This document shows positions 1-14,347 of a stretch of 64,000 nt of DNA, piece by piece. The notes below the pieces were generated by a model. That model worked only from the letters and a program-made list of their open reading frames with translations, did no database searches and was not told where the DNA came from. Source of the stretch: Chrysomallon squamiferum. Lineage: Eukaryota > Animalia > Mollusca. The stretch is from positions 18,724,001-18,788,000 of the forward strand of contig CM022670.1 in assembly GCA_012295275.1 (NCBI GenBank). Reading direction: 5' to 3'. A program made the translations under genes and the position numbers. Numbering within the stretch: the first letter of the stretch is position 1; each line of letters opens with the position of its first letter.

Positions 1-420
1 ATACAAAATTCATTTATACTTAGAATATTTATTGGGATTGCACAAATATTACATTAATCTATTATTTTATATTAATAACAGTATTATAAACAGTATTCCA
101 TTTTCTTTTTGTTTATTATTATTATTTTATTTTTTTAGTTTAAAGGTTTAAATTTAATATATTAGCAGACTTTTCAATTTAATTTTTCTCTTTTTTTTAA
201 AGTTTTCTGTTGTATTTTAGTATGTTTGCCATTATATCTTGAAGGACTGGAATATTCCTTTAATTTCTGGCAAAAATAGTTGTTATATATTTACTTATTT
301 ACACAATATATCTTTTGTTGTCATTATTAACAGAGTTATTAATTTGGATAAATATAATATTAATAAATTTATAGTTTAGCAAATACTTAATAAACTGTTT
401 TCTGTTTCATTCCAATTTTG

Positions 421-500
421 TATCTATGCAGAAGTATTATAATTTGTTATATACACCTTCAGATTTAATATAAGATTATTATTATTATTATTATTTAACA
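421..500 (+). repeat. Dispersed duplicate, copy 1 (copy 2 at 4237-4355)
   Basis: TATCTATGCAGAAGTATTATAATTTGTTATATACACCTTCAGATTTAATATAAGATTAT plus a (TTA)n tract and TTTAACA in both places. Confidence 0.9.
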
Positions 501-1129
501 TTGATATATATCAAATTCAGAAAATCAAAATAAATTAACCAAAGTTAAATATAAGAAAATCACTTGCTATATATATATTTTTATATACATTTTCATATTT
601 TTTTAATTTTTAATTTAAAAAAAAAAAAAACACCAATAAAATACTTTGATTATAATAAAAAGTGTTGTCTTATTATTTTGTAAAACACAAGTGATATGTT
701 TCGCATTCAAAGAGATGTCACTTGTATGATCTAGCAAAAAAGGTACATCCCTTGTTAATCAATTAGGAATATAATATGGCAGTACATATTTGCTTTTTCA
801 TACTAACTTATAATATTTAAGTCATTTAATATATTTAGATAATGAACTTTAATATTAAATAACTTTTCACTTGCGTACCTTAGCAAAACAAATAATGTGT
901 GTGTGTGTGCGGGGGGGGTGTTCCGCTTAATATAAATACGCGAATCTAAAGAATGTGTAGGAAGGGAGATAACCTATAAACACGACGACAAGAATTAATA
1001 AAATAGTTACTGAAATTGTACAAATAACAGCTATATAAAGGAAAAATAAATACATATAAAATCATACATTCAAGTTCCATGGAAGTTACGGGTTTTATTT
1101 TTGTGTGTGTGTGTGTGGTTTTTTTAACC

Positions 1130-1208
1130 ATCAGTCGAACTTGATCCCAGCATTTTGTTAGCTGACGTGTAACTCGAACTCAGTTTTCTTCTTTTACTCA
1201 GTATCGAA
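1130..1208 (+). promoter_or_regulatory. SRA1 core promoter / 5'UTR
   Basis: Local CpG enrichment, TGACGTG at 1163-1169, Inr-like TCAGTT near 1180, just upstream of the ATG. Confidence 0.5.
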
Positions 1209-1224
1209 ATGGCGTCCAGGCCAG
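1209..1224 (+). CDS. SRA1: SRA1 coding exon 1 (MASRP-G)
   Basis: GAAATGGCG start context, donor G|GTTAGT, phase 1 matches exon 2 to give PGNPDRGWND. Confidence 0.85.
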
Positions 1225-2113
1225 GTTAGTGAAATTTGTTTGCTAAGAAATGACAAGCAATGAAGCATGTTTTTTTTTTCATGAATGATTAGATTATCAG
1301 TATTATAAAATACAGACACTGAGATATAACATTTTTCCTGGAGCGATAAGAAATTGAGAATTTGCCTTTTAATTTGAATGTTTGTTTTTATTCTAAACAA
1401 ATATTTTTTTTTAGAGTAGCGGTGTCATTACTTTTTGTAGTTGCTCAGCTTGCTATCATTTTCCTGAATGTATTGCAAGTTTAAAAAAACCCACATAACA
1501 AAAACAAGAACCACTAGATACAAAATAGTTTTAGAGCGAAAAACAGTAAATACATATTATTTTCTTACAGTACTTTAACTGGAAAAAGTTCTCAGAGTTA
1601 AACATATTTTTAATCATTTTAAGTTATTATAATATTAAATAATTAATATAAAATACAGCACACACTTTAATAATACTCTATAATTATTTTAGAATCGTTA
1701 ACTGAGATTTGTTTTTTTAATGATTAAAAGCACTAATCAGTCAAATCACATTAATAATATGATTATAACATTTATTTATTTGTTTTGTTTGTATGCATTA
1801 TGTTAAAAATCATTTATTCTTTTTCATTTTTAACTTCACAATGAACTGATATGGGGGGGGGAATTCTTCATATATCATGATAAATAGCATTAATTAATTA
1901 ATTTATTTCATTTTTATGTTAACAGGCAATCCAGACAGAGGATGGAATGATCCACCCATGTTTGGTTTTGAAGCACCTGTTTCTTCAAACACATCATCAC
2001 GTAGAACCTTATTAAACAAACGAGTTGCATATCCACTGAATTCAAATATAACAAACAGTGCCTCTGTTTTACCCACAGGTTAGTTAGAATGTATAGGTAA
2101 AACTTTAATATAC

Positions 2114-2144
<31 letters not shown>

Positions 2145-3876
2145 TGTGTGTTTTTTTCTGGGGACGTTTTTTGTTTTTAAATTATTTTCAGTTAAACATA
2201 AAATGTTATCAAAATGACATCTTCCTAAAAGCGAATAACTCTCTTCTTTATAATGTTTTATTAATTTCTTTCCAATTGCTGCAACAAAGAAAAAAAGAAA
2301 GAAAAAATCGACAAAATTAATTCGTAAATTGAGTACTTTGTTTTGTGGCCATATAATGGGCAAAATGCCAAAATTATCTATCAAATTCTGTTGATGCATT
2401 TTAAAAAATCTCATCCTTTTTGTTTCCGACAATGATGCTTCATATAAATTTCCATTTCTTAGAAACTTAATATCTGTTAATATTAAAATGGTCTGAGGTA
2501 TTATTATTTTATGTTTCATTTCATATAGACATGTTGCAGTTAATGTTTGATTACATTTACTTAAACACACACATACATACACAGACACAGATACAGACAT
2601 ACATATAATGAAACACATATATTGCTTTAAATTTTAGTAAATATGCTGAATCCTGCAGAAGGTCCTCCTAAACTCCCAAATGTTCAGATTCTACCTCCTG
2701 CAGAAAACATATCAACCCCTGAGCCTCTGCCTGTTGTTGTCCCAACTCTTCTGCCTTGCCCCAAAGAGGACATGGTTGTCCATCCTGGTGTGGCAGTTAG
2801 GCAGGAGTCAAATGAAAGAGCATCAAGCATTTTGCAGAGACTTGGAGTTTGTAGTGATAATGAACTTAGTGAATACATTGATGATGGTCTAAAGCTGTGT
2901 ATAGAAAAGTGTAGAGAGAAGTTACAGGTAGGCATATGTTTTATATAATTAACTGTAATTAATGTAGAATGCATACCAATGGTTATTTTGGTACTCATTT
3001 CATTTCTGTGTGAATATACACAGTATTTGATCATTTTCTGTTATTTAAGAAAACCTTTGTTAATGTTTACATATATATCAAAAATATACTGTGTGTGCCT
3101 AAAAGTGATTGTTTAATATTTGCTAATAGTATAATATAATACTGTATTAACAAATGCATGGAGATTCATGGTAGACACCAATTTCATTTTTGTATACCGT
3201 CTTAAAAAAATAAAATAATAATAACACCCTAAAAGTAAGAGATTCCAAGATAACTAATAATGACTTTGAAAGTTTTTATGTTCATACTAACACACACAGA
3301 AATTAACATCATCTCCATAATATATTTAAAATACAAAATATATAAAGCTTCATATGGACTTAGAATGATAAGGTTTTCAGAATTATTCAGTTGTTCTTTT
3401 AGCATCATCAGCAGTACTCCCATATAAACATTTTTATAAGCTTTTTTAATGTACAATTGTATTGACAGGCAAGGGCTTTAGAAGAGATCACAAGAAAAAT
3501 AACAGTTATGCAAGAGATGTGGGAAGCAGGAAAGTTCTCAGAAAGTGTAAAAACTCATTTAGGTTGCCTTATTAAAGGTAAGCTTGTTAATATTATATTT
3601 GCAAAATTAACAACTTGATAGTAAAATTGTTTACACTTTCTGAATATAATTCTAAGTGTTGCTTTAAACACCATAACATAAAGATAGTTCAACAAAATAA
3701 ATGTTTGGTAAAACAAAAATGAAATACTTTACTGAAATAAAAGTAAATTTTGTTTTCTAAATTTTGGCTGTGTAACAGTCAGTAGTATTTTTAGAGTGAT
3801 TTTCAGTGAATGCTTGTTGTAATGAGAAAATTAATTCATTTAATTGATTTGAAAAAATGTATTATTATTTTAATTT

Positions 3877-3943
<67 letters not shown>

Positions 3944-4311
3944 TTTCAAATTTAAATTATTTGACTTCATTATTACTGGTTTTTTCCCACAAACTACTGG
4001 TAACATATGAATATAATACTGGTAATTAAGAGAATTTTAATATCATTTACTGTCACTATTTTGTATTTGGTAATTAAAACAAAAAAGAAGAAACGATAGA
4101 GAAAATCATAAACTTGTAGAATGTTTTTCATGTGTTACAGAATATTTGTGACATATTGATCAGCTCTTAGGTAAAGAAACTCTATGACTCAGACAGTCAT
4201 TTTGACACAGAGGCGTATTTCTGAATGCTAATATTATATCTATGCAGAAGTATTATAATTTGTTATATACACCTTCAGATTTAATATAAGATTATGATTA
4301 TTATGATTATG

Positions 4312-4350
<39 letters not shown>

Positions 4351-6018
4351 TAACAATGTAATAGACATTATAAAAACCATGATAGATGCTGCCATTAAAA
4401 ATTCTGTGAAACCAGCTATAAACTCAGCTGTAATATATACTATTATGGAAAGACGTCACTTATGTAGCTAAAATCTTTATTTGATTCTAATCTTTTTCAT
4501 TTTACTGACTGTTTTAAATATAATACTGTATTCTATTTGGTTAGTGTATATGTCTTTATGTGTCTCAGGCTTTTACAGCTGCACTGAAATTTCTGAATAT
4601 AAAAGGCTGGATTCTTTTAAAATTAGTGCATACATGAAATACAAATATTTTTATTGACTGTAACAGCTGTCAGTGGTATTATATATACTGATATATATGC
4701 ATAAAGTTTTAGTCAAGTTATTGTACTTCTTAATAAATTCTTTAAATGTATTTTGGCATATTTTGTTTTATATTTATCCATAAATAACTTGTTAATCAGA
4801 TTATAATTACTGGGGATTTATTTATAAATTATATTTTTGTTCTTTCAAAGAGTTAAATTATTTGACTTTGCTGTTTACTTCATTATTATTGTTATCACTG
4901 TTATTGGTACTACTACACTTTCTACTACTATTAGTGATACCATTTCTATTACTGTTATAACTTATATATATATATTTTTATAATTATTAGTATAATATTT
5001 ATTTATTTTATTTTATTTTTTTATTTTTTAATTACTTTTTTATTCATAAAACATGAGAGTGTGTGTGTTGTATGTCTGTTTTTTATTTTTATTTATTTTC
5101 TAGCTTTGAAAGATGATAATTTTACAGAAGCACAAAGACTTCACCAGGTTTTAATGGTGGATCATACTAGTGAGGTATTTAAACAGTTTTTATTTGATCT
5201 GTTTTATAAAATATATATTATTCTTAAAAAGTGTTTTCCAAAAATTGAATGTTTTTCTTATTTGACTGAAGTGTTCTGTAATAAAACAAAATATTAAAAT
5301 ATGATGGTTGCAGTATTAGTGGCACTTCATACACTTTTATTTTATACTTGTGAGTTAAATTCTGTTATCACACAAGCCTACTGATTATAAAAGTAATGGG
5401 TTCACTGTTAGAAATCATTGATTATTGGAGTACACTGTACTGTATTTTCTCTTTACTAAAGCCTGTGATCAATAGAGAACATCTGGTGAGGTTCTTTGAA
5501 CTAATTTTGTAATTGGCTTTTTTCTTATCAAAGTCATTAACTGTATATATTATTACAATAGCAGAAAGTCATTCTAATTGTAATTTTAATTTATTTTTTA
5601 AACACTAATCAAGGGTAATATAACAGCATTTAGAATATATAAATGAGCTATGTAATATTAAATGTAAAAGCAATATTTTAAATATGTATAATATTTGTTT
5701 GAACTTAAGTTTTTAAATCTTTTTGTTTTAGTGTAGTTAAAACAAATTTCACTTTGTAGGCTTGAATTGTTCAAGTTATGTATACACTTATATCTTTAAA
5801 AGAACAGTGAGATGAAATAAAAACATCAGTGTATATTCAGTTTCAGCTTGTCTGTTAAAATATTACAGGTTAATCAGTGGATGGTTGGCATTAAGAAACT
5901 TATTCATGAAAGCCAGCTATTGGAAGAAAACTCAGAAACACAGTCACCGTCCAATGACAACAAAGAGGCTGACCTCAAGATAACACTGACACCTGCAACA
6001 GCTGAGAAATCTGAATAG
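1209..6018 (+). CDS. SRA1: Steroid receptor RNA activator 1 (SRAP), spliced gene span; 6 coding exons, 262 aa
   Basis: Exons 1209-1224, 1926-2078, 2638-2927, 3469-3577, 5104-5174, 5869-6018 join in phase with GT-AG introns (789 nt). N-terminal motif PGNPDRGWNDPP, RTLLNKRVAYP, Pro-rich linker and C-terminal LMVDHTSEVNQWMVGIKKLI are SRA1 hallmarks. Confidence 0.95.
1926..2078 (+). CDS. SRA1: SRA1 coding exon 2
   Basis: AACAG acceptor; encodes GNPDRGWNDPPMFGF...RRTLLNKRVAYPLN; donor G|GTTAGT. Confidence 0.93.
2638..2927 (+). CDS. SRA1: SRA1 coding exon 3 (Pro-rich linker and start of helical domain)
   Basis: TTTTAG acceptor, in frame with ORF 2643-2948, donor CAG|GTAGGC. Confidence 0.9.
3469..3577 (+). 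CDS. SRA1: SRA1 coding exon 4
   Basis: ARALEEITRKITVMQEMWEAGKFSESVK; GACAG acceptor, AAG|GTAAGC donor. Confidence 0.92.
3875..3945. repeat. (TTTA)n microsatellite
   Basis: Direct reading. Confidence 0.93.
4237..4355 (+). repeat. Dispersed duplicate, copy 2, in SRA1 intron 4
   Basis: Identical unique part to 421-479 with a longer (TTA/TGA)n tract. Confidence 0.9.
5104..5174 (+). CDS. SRA1: SRA1 coding exon 5
   Basis: ALKDDNFTEAQRLHQVLMVDHTSE; polypyrimidine tract plus TAG acceptor, GAG|GTATTT donor. Confidence 0.92.
5869..6018 (+). CDS. SRA1: SRA1 last coding exon
   Basis: TTACAG acceptor; VNQWMVGIKKLIHES... ends at TAG 6016-6018. Confidence 0.92.
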   Translation, partial: VNQWMVGIKKLIHESQLLEENSETQSPSNDNKEADLKITLTPATAEKSE

Positions 6019-9000
6019 GACAGTTAAATGAGAAAATTGGTTAAAAATATAAATGTACACATTCAGATAACAGATCTATGGTAAAACAGAAATACTTGTA
6101 GTTACCTTGGAAGCAAGCAAGTCTTAAACACCAAGGCATTCTGTCTGTTCAAGTTTAAACCAGGGGTATTAAGACTGAGTCAGTGGATTGGTGAAATGAA
6201 ATCACTGGAAGTGGTTTCATTGATATATAATGTTATTGAAATGTATGCTGCATTATAACTATGTGTTGTGTTACACATATTGTAGAAATCTTAAGGAAAA
6301 TATAAACCAATATTTTTATGCCAACACTGGCAGATGATGAGTTGATGATCCATGTTAGATTATGAATGCAAAAACAGTTTGATCATCTCTTGTCCTATAA
6401 AAATGTCTTGGTAAAAGAATGTTTACTTTTTAGAAAACAACTGAAATTTTATACCTAGCAAACCATTTATTTATATACACACTCATTATATTTCATTTAA
6501 TTGTCTTGCTAGTATTTAAAACCACAATGAAAATTATGAAAATAGTTTCATAAACATGCATTTACACTGCTTCTGTTCAGAACTTTAGAAATAATCTATT
6601 TCAGTTTACAGTGTACTGAAAAGAGAGAGAAAAAAACCAACAAAACATTTGAGCTTCATTATATTTTGTTCTTTCCATCAGTTTGCTTGAACCCCATGAT
6701 TATTTTAACTGGTAAAATGTGGTGTTTGAGTTAATGAATCCAAAATGTATAATTTTTTTTAATTTTTATTAACATTTTTAGAATGTACAAATACACAGAC
6801 ATTTGAGATGAATCTATGAAAAATGTATTATAATTATGTGGAGTAATTCTTTTTACATAAAAATTTCAGGTTAATTTTTGTTACATGTAGATGTGCATCT
6901 ATCATGAAACAATACCCTATTAAATTAAGCAGAATGATTAGCATTCTTGACTTTTATAAAAGATAATGTCCGTATTATTGCTATATGGATGCAGTTAGTT
7001 GATACTATTATGGTACAACAGAACAAATATGATGTGGATTTTAATAATTAGGATGACTGTAATTCTGACAGTTTCTTTTATAAATATAAGAATATTTATC
7101 GTGTAAATGTTATTAATAAGTGGGAGTTGTTAGGTTGTTTTTCTTACTGTTGGTAATTGGTAATTAATTAGACAGATAGGGATTCATTGGATTCAGTTAA
7201 TAATTTTTATTAATTTTTATATTTTTTAATTTTATTATTATTCTTTTTTTTAATGATTAGTGAATATCAACATCATTAATTTTCATTAATTCATATATAC
7301 ATGTAACATGGTTCTTAAAATGTTTATATATGCATCTTAATACTAGTCCTTGATAATTCAAAAATAGAAATCATAGAAAAAGTCCATTTTGTGAATCATG
7401 GCACAACTAGAAAAGGTTATGTTGAAATAAGTATACATATTTAAAACAAATATATATAAAGATACTCAAACATCATAGTATCTAAAAGATGAATGTCTCT
7501 TATGATTTTTAGTTATTTGGTTTTTTGATTTCTGCTTTTATATAAAACTGCATATCAGTCACAAAATATTAGAAACTATTTTTCATATTTGTTTTCAGTT
7601 GTAATAATAGAATTACAACATCTTTTTAGGGAAAAAAGGAGTGTTATTGTTATTGACTTACATTAATTACTACAAAAGCTTGTTTTATTTTATGTTAATA
7701 CATTTTTTATTTGTTTATTTTATAAAGCCACAGAATAAATTGCATAGTCATATGCAAAATGATGTATGTTGTCATTTTAACAAACAAAAAATCTCTTTCC
7801 TTCAGATACACCAAATAGCATGAATCTGTCCTTTTTATTTTTTAATGTTTCCTAGTTTGTTATTCTGTAGAAAAAAGTAAAATCTTTTTCTTAAAAATAT
7901 GTTGATTCAAACATAATTTTTGTTTCTCACTCTCTGAGACTAGCTCATTAAGCTGAGCTGTTAGCCAGTATCCTCACAAGTTGATCAGTGCTTAAAACAC
8001 TGGACACAATCACCATGATTATAGGATTAATGTTGGTTATTTCATTTTAGCAACTTTCTTGCAACTGGTGTAGCTATCAATGGGAAGGTACACATAAGGG
8101 ATCCTTTATTGCCAATCGGGTATTCCCTCTTTTGAACAGTGTTAACTAATTCCTTGTTTCATTACTATTACTGTTCAAATCTTTTACTGTAGACCCCAGA
8201 ACAATTAATATAAAATGTTTTGAGGTTGCAATAAATACTGAATAGATTCAGTATAGTACTCTCCTCAGTAACATGAGATTTCCATTTTTCATACATCAAT
8301 CTGATTTCCACCTTTAAAGGCTGTACAAATTTTACTTTACATCATATACTGAAAAATGGGTTCTTGTATCTGCTTTTGCAATCTTCTTAAGTTTGTTTAA
8401 CAATTTTTGTAAGAAAACGAAAGTAGTATCAGGCCTGCCATTGTAGCCAGCTAGTGTCTTATGTTAAAGTAGTCCATGTTGTGAAAGCAATTGATTTCCC
8501 CTCAAAATGCCTATGAATGCCTAACACCTAATAATCATTTATATTAAAATATGTTGTAATTATTCATTCATTTACATATATTTGTGCCCATATAAAAAAA
8601 TAAAAAACAGACCCAGATGCTTTAATAGTAAAAAATATTTTTTATTCAGTAAAATAACTTTTACATATTTGTTATTTATTTAACTTTGTTAAATTCTTGC
8701 AGAGAACATGATACAAGTGATTAAGTAAATGCTTTTCTATGCATAATAAAAATAAATAAATTGCTGTCAGTCACCCATATACTATCAATTGAAATTCAGT
8801 GGAAACTTGTTATCTATAGAGGTTAAAAACAATAAAAGAACACAACAAAATAGGGAAATTAAAATATTCAGTAACTGGTACTTTAGTTAAATAATGAGAA
8901 TTTGTTTTAACATCAGTAATAATAATAAAAACAACATTCAGTCTTTAGTAAGGATGATCAATAAATAAAGTTATTCTCTCATTTTTCTATTAACGCTGAA

Positions 9001-12000
9001 ATTCCAGTATACATACTAAATAAATTTTGATAATCATTAGATTTATTAGAAATTAGCACCTGGAATTATTTTAAAGTAGTATTGCAAAAATCACTAATAC
9101 AAATAAGATATAAACACCTTGATTGTCATGATTAAAAAAAAAAAAAAAGTTATAAAGAAGTAACAACATTAATGTTATATTATTTCTTATTTATCTTACA
9201 GATTAAGAAATTAGTTTTGTTTCACACTGTATTTTTTTTTTTTTTTTTTTTTATATATCAGTTTTGGATATATACAAAAGAAAATGCATCACATTATAAA
9301 CTGTGGTTATATCATATTTAAAAAACTGTCATGACAACCAGTTTAATGATATTGATAAAAAAAAGATTAAAAAAAAGCAGTAACAACATCAAAAAATGCC
9401 ACTAAGAAAGAGTAACTTGAAATATAATTTTGAAACATTACAAATATCTATATTAATGATTTAAGCTTCTGAAAAACACATCTACACTGATTTATCGTAA
9501 GTGTATCAAGATAAGCATTAAAGAAATACTTCCCTTGACCTTTAAAAAAATAAAATTAATTCATAACCTGATTATAAAATTTCATTTCACCTGGAATACA
9601 GAAACTAAAATTCAACTGATCTACTTAGTCTTTGTAATAATTACAAGGTAAATTATAATAAAATGGTTATTAGTAATTATTTTATTTATGATAATTGACA
9701 GTTTTTATCAATTTATTTTCAAAGAATGCATTAAATCCATTAAAAAAATAATAATAATAAAATAAATAATAATAATAATAATAATAATAAAAAATGAATA
9801 AATAAATATTTAAGTAAATAAAATAGATATTGTGACTAATCCAAACAAATAAAGATACTCTCCCAAAAAACATTAACAATATTTTTTTATATTTGTTTTT
9901 TAGGTGGTAATAATTTAAAAAAAAAGAAGTAAAAGCCAAATAGTTACAATTCACTTTCCTGAATTATTTATTTTATTTTAAGAATATCTTTAACATAATT
10001 AAACACATTTAATTAAAAGTATAGGTACAAATATTTGGCAAATGCATAATCAGCCACAAAATAGTGATATTTCTTTTGAAAAAGAAGATCAATCCTTCAA
10101 TATGTACTTAATTACAAAATTACTAATAAAACAAAGTACTCAGAAACAAATTAAATATGTAATTCACAAATAAATTACTGTTTCTAAATCTTATCCTAAC
10201 AGTCAGTTCTCATTGTCAGATTACAATTAACATTAAAACCGAACATCACAGATTTAATGCAATAAAGGCAACAGTTCAGTAATTTATCTAACCATTCTAC
10301 AACCGCCACCAGTTTATGGAATGCAAAATTGAAACTCTAAAAAAAAAAAAAAAAAAAAAAAAATAATAATAGTAAATTTAAATCAGTTAATTTAGTAATA
10401 AAACTTCCTTTCTCTAAGAAGTATGACGCATTCAATATTCTGAAATATTGGTAAAAAAAAAAAATAAAAAAAGAACTTGATAAAAATGAAACAAAAGGTT
10501 ATGAAAAAAGGTAAAAAAAGAAATAATCAATATATTATGTATTAAATTTACCACAAATCCAGCAGTATAAGTCACAGTGAAAAAGAAATAAATGTATTTT
10601 AAATATTTTTATTTAAGTAAAAAAAAAAAAGATAAAAAAAAAAAAGAAAATAAAGACCTGTATACAAAACTATTTCTGACACTTCACATGTGACATTTTT
10701 AACATCATTTATCAACAGTTTGCACAGTGAAATAACAAACACAAAATTTTAATAAAAAATGGAACTTGATCATAATTTTCTCCACACCCAAACTTCTAAA
10801 ATTTATTTTACCTACATGCTATGTGTTTCACTATTTTTCTAAGTATTTAATCAAATACAAGCATTTTCAATGCTAGTAATATATACACATAAATCACACA
10901 GTTTACAGTATATTACTGTCAAGAGCTTTAATATCTGCATATGTCATATTTCTACCAACCACTGAGGCTAAACAAAAACAAGAGAAATCATCTGACTTGT
11001 TATGTTAATTTATCCTGAAGAAAACTTAAATAATGTCAGAAATAAGTATTGGGTTACACCAATAAATACTTAACATCAATTCATTTCTGTGGTAAAAATT
11101 ATATTTATTCTTTCACTGACGTTGGCTTTCACTTTGCTTATTAAAAAAACATTTATTCTGTTTGCATGGCAATAACAATTTTGTTTATTATTATTTTTTT
11201 TATTTAATTTATTATTATTATTATTATTATTATTTTGATGCATGTCAACAACATATGTTGAATCTGCACATTATTGCAATTTATGCAAACAATTATATTC
11301 TTCAACCAAAGCCTTAAAAAAAACACCTCATGTACTCTTCTTTTTTCTTTTTTATAAAATATAAAACAACTGAATCAGTCATGACCATTTTTACAAAATG
11401 ACCTCAGAGGCAATGGATATCTGTAAAAATACATTTCTGCTGTCCAGTGGAGTAACATACTTAAATATTTAAAACAACCACACAATAAATAAATTAAAAA
11501 AATAAAAATCTATGGTTTGCTGACCTTCAAGATCTATGGAGAACAATCTTAATAAATAAGAACTATTCTGACTTACACTGTAAGCCCATAACCTAAAAAT
11601 GTGGCTAAAGATTAGATTTTTTTGTTGAATTTCTTAGTCCTTTTCTCATAATTTCCACAACATTAATTGCTAGGTTATTCCACTGGCCAGTAGATTTCTT
11701 TAAGCAGTTTTATCAGCTGATCATAAACAAAGAAGTGGTCAATTCATATTTGATAATATCAAAGTTTAGAAATACTGTTAATAGTCAGAAAGATTTATAT
11801 TAGAAGATAACATTAAAATTTATACAAGAAAACAACATGTACCTAAAAAAATGTAAAATAAATATAGAAGAATATATGGCATCTTTTCACAGCCTTAAGC
11901 ACATTCATGTAAACATTACCATTCATCATAAATCTGTAGCATCCTACTTTTCATTTAAAAATGTGGTTTAGTGATATCAGTGTCTAAATATTGATCACTG

Positions 12001-12241
12001 ATTTAGTGTAAAACAAACTAATCCAGAAAGCATGGTCAAGATATTTTACATGTGCGTGTGTATTTTTTAAATTATTTTTTTTATAACCAACCTGAATCTA
12101 GTTGGCATCACCCAGCAAACCTATGTTTTAATCTTTATAACAAAACTTGTATTACACTGAAAGTAATACTTATCATAATGATGAAATTCTGGATGTATTT
12201 ACTATTTTCAACTGTGAACAGTTTCCATCCATTCTCTTGTG

Positions 12242-12497
12242 CAGTGGTGTGCAGAAGGGGGGCAAAGGGGAAGTGGCCTTGAAATCCAAATGGGGGGGGG
12301 CATGCAATCAGTAGAAACAACTTAATTTGGTTGATTTATATTTAAATCAAAGTTCTATTTTATGTTTCTTCTGTGTTTACATATTCAAAAAACTTCCTTT
12401 CTCATAAATTTCTCAGGTCTAGGCCCGATACTGGAGTCTTTGGGGCATACAATCAAGGAGCTGGCCCAGGGCAACAGCAGACCTCTGCACATCACTG
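12242..12497. mobile_element. hAT-type MITE, 256 bp
   Basis: TIRs CAGTGGTGTGCAGA / TCTGCACATCACTG (13 of 14 match) and 8-bp TSD CTCTTGTG / CTCTTATG; GC-rich subterminal regions. Confidence 0.8.
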
Positions 12498-12688
12498 CTC
12501 TTATGACAATGAAATTGATAGGCAAAACAGAAGAAACAAAACTCACTGATCAATTTATCAAATACCATTCTTAAATTAAACTACTATTCGAACTAGGTAG
12601 TATAGTTCTCCAGAATTATTAAAAATTATCTAGCTTTGATCACACAGAAGTATGCAAATGATCTGATGATATGTCTTTGTTAAGTTTT

Positions 12689-12704
12689 TTATTATTATTA
12701 TTTA

Positions 12705-12757
<53 letters not shown>
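12689..12757. repeat. (TTA)n microsatellite
   Basis: Direct reading. Confidence 0.93.
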
Positions 12758-12758
<1 letters not shown>

Positions 12759-14315
12759 AAAACACTTGACTGATATGAAACAGCTATTCATGACCATGCT
12801 ATCTTAAGGTCCAATTGCAGTTTTGTTCATGAAACCTTTGTCAGAAAATAAGTTAACAAAAACCAACATATGATGTAAAAGAGATATGTAATTCACTCAT
12901 ATTTTATAACAACACAACAATTTCAGAATTCATGTTAAATATTTCATTGCTTCAAATAGCTCACTTTTTTCACATTCAAGTATTGCAATATATGACATAA
13001 CTAAAATTTTATTTTATAAATATTAAGGATTTTTAGTATGTTAGGCATATTTATTTTATAAATATTTATAAAGCAAAAAGTTCTTTTTCTTATCTCCAGT
13101 TTTCTGATCAATATTCAATCAAAAACTGGTCATCCATTAAGAATAATAATAAAAATAAAATATTTGGATGTATTATCATCCAAATGTAAAAATATGAATA
13201 TATATGCTTAAGTTATGAATATTTATAGTTATCAACAACTTTTAATATATATCATAATATATAGAACAAATATGACACAGTAGGCTGAACACTTAAGTCT
13301 CATAAATACAACTTGAAAAAACTGCACAAAACAAGTCAGTTTTAACAAAGCAGATATTTCATTTTAACAAATAAAACAATGTCATGAGAAGGAAAAGAAA
13401 AGGAGAAGTAATTAAAGTTAACTGAGAAAAAATGCATTATTTATCATATTTTTAATAAGGATTGCTGAAAAGTTTTGATCTGTCTGAACATTAATCAAGT
13501 AAATAACTGCAGCCATTATTGTTCAACATATCCGAGGACAGTAATTTTTTAGGAATAGAATAAATATTTCAGTAAATGTGTTGACAGTGATGGTGAAAAT
13601 GGAGCACAGTCTGAATTTTTAAAGCTTTAGAAAACAATAATACATAATACATTATCATGATAAATTAATCACATTTACTGATTTAGTGTCAACAAGTTAT
13701 ATTAATCACTAAAATAATTATTAGTTTTAACAGATATTAAAACACTTTATATAGTTACAGTAACAAGAAGTCTCTGTACGTAAAATATTTGATAAAGCAT
13801 TCAAATTTCCTTTGTTGTTGTTCTTTTAGCTCTACCAACCTTCACATCAGTTAAAAACAAACAATATAAACAAAATCTTATTTCTCTTATTGCTTTCAAG
13901 TCATTATTCTCTTATATTTTATTCTCTAACACAAACATTCATCCATCCATAATAAAAAAATATACACATGCATCTATGTATTAATATTTTATCCACTGTA
14001 TATTGGATCTCTGAGTCTCTGAGGAATTTAAATTCTTAGATTAAATAAAAAAGGTTTTTCAAAAAATTGATGTACTAATTAGACAGAAATTTTGTATAAA
14101 GCTATTGTCAGACTGGTAATAATTAATGACTGAAAGTTTACATATTATGGTTATAAGATGTAGGTAGCTTGATTCCAGACATTTGACTTAAAAATGCACG
14201 ATTTCTGCCAGTTATACACAATCTTAACAAAATAGTTCAAATTAAAAACACCCCAAAAACTCAATAATAATAATAATTTAAAAAACCCATTAATAATAAT
14301 AATAATAATAATAAA

Positions 14316-14347
<32 letters not shown>

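Noticed and set aside
1914-2618. 234-aa minus-strand ORF
   Set aside because: Antisense to SRA1 exon 2 and intron 2, runs through CA microsatellites, no domain-like content.
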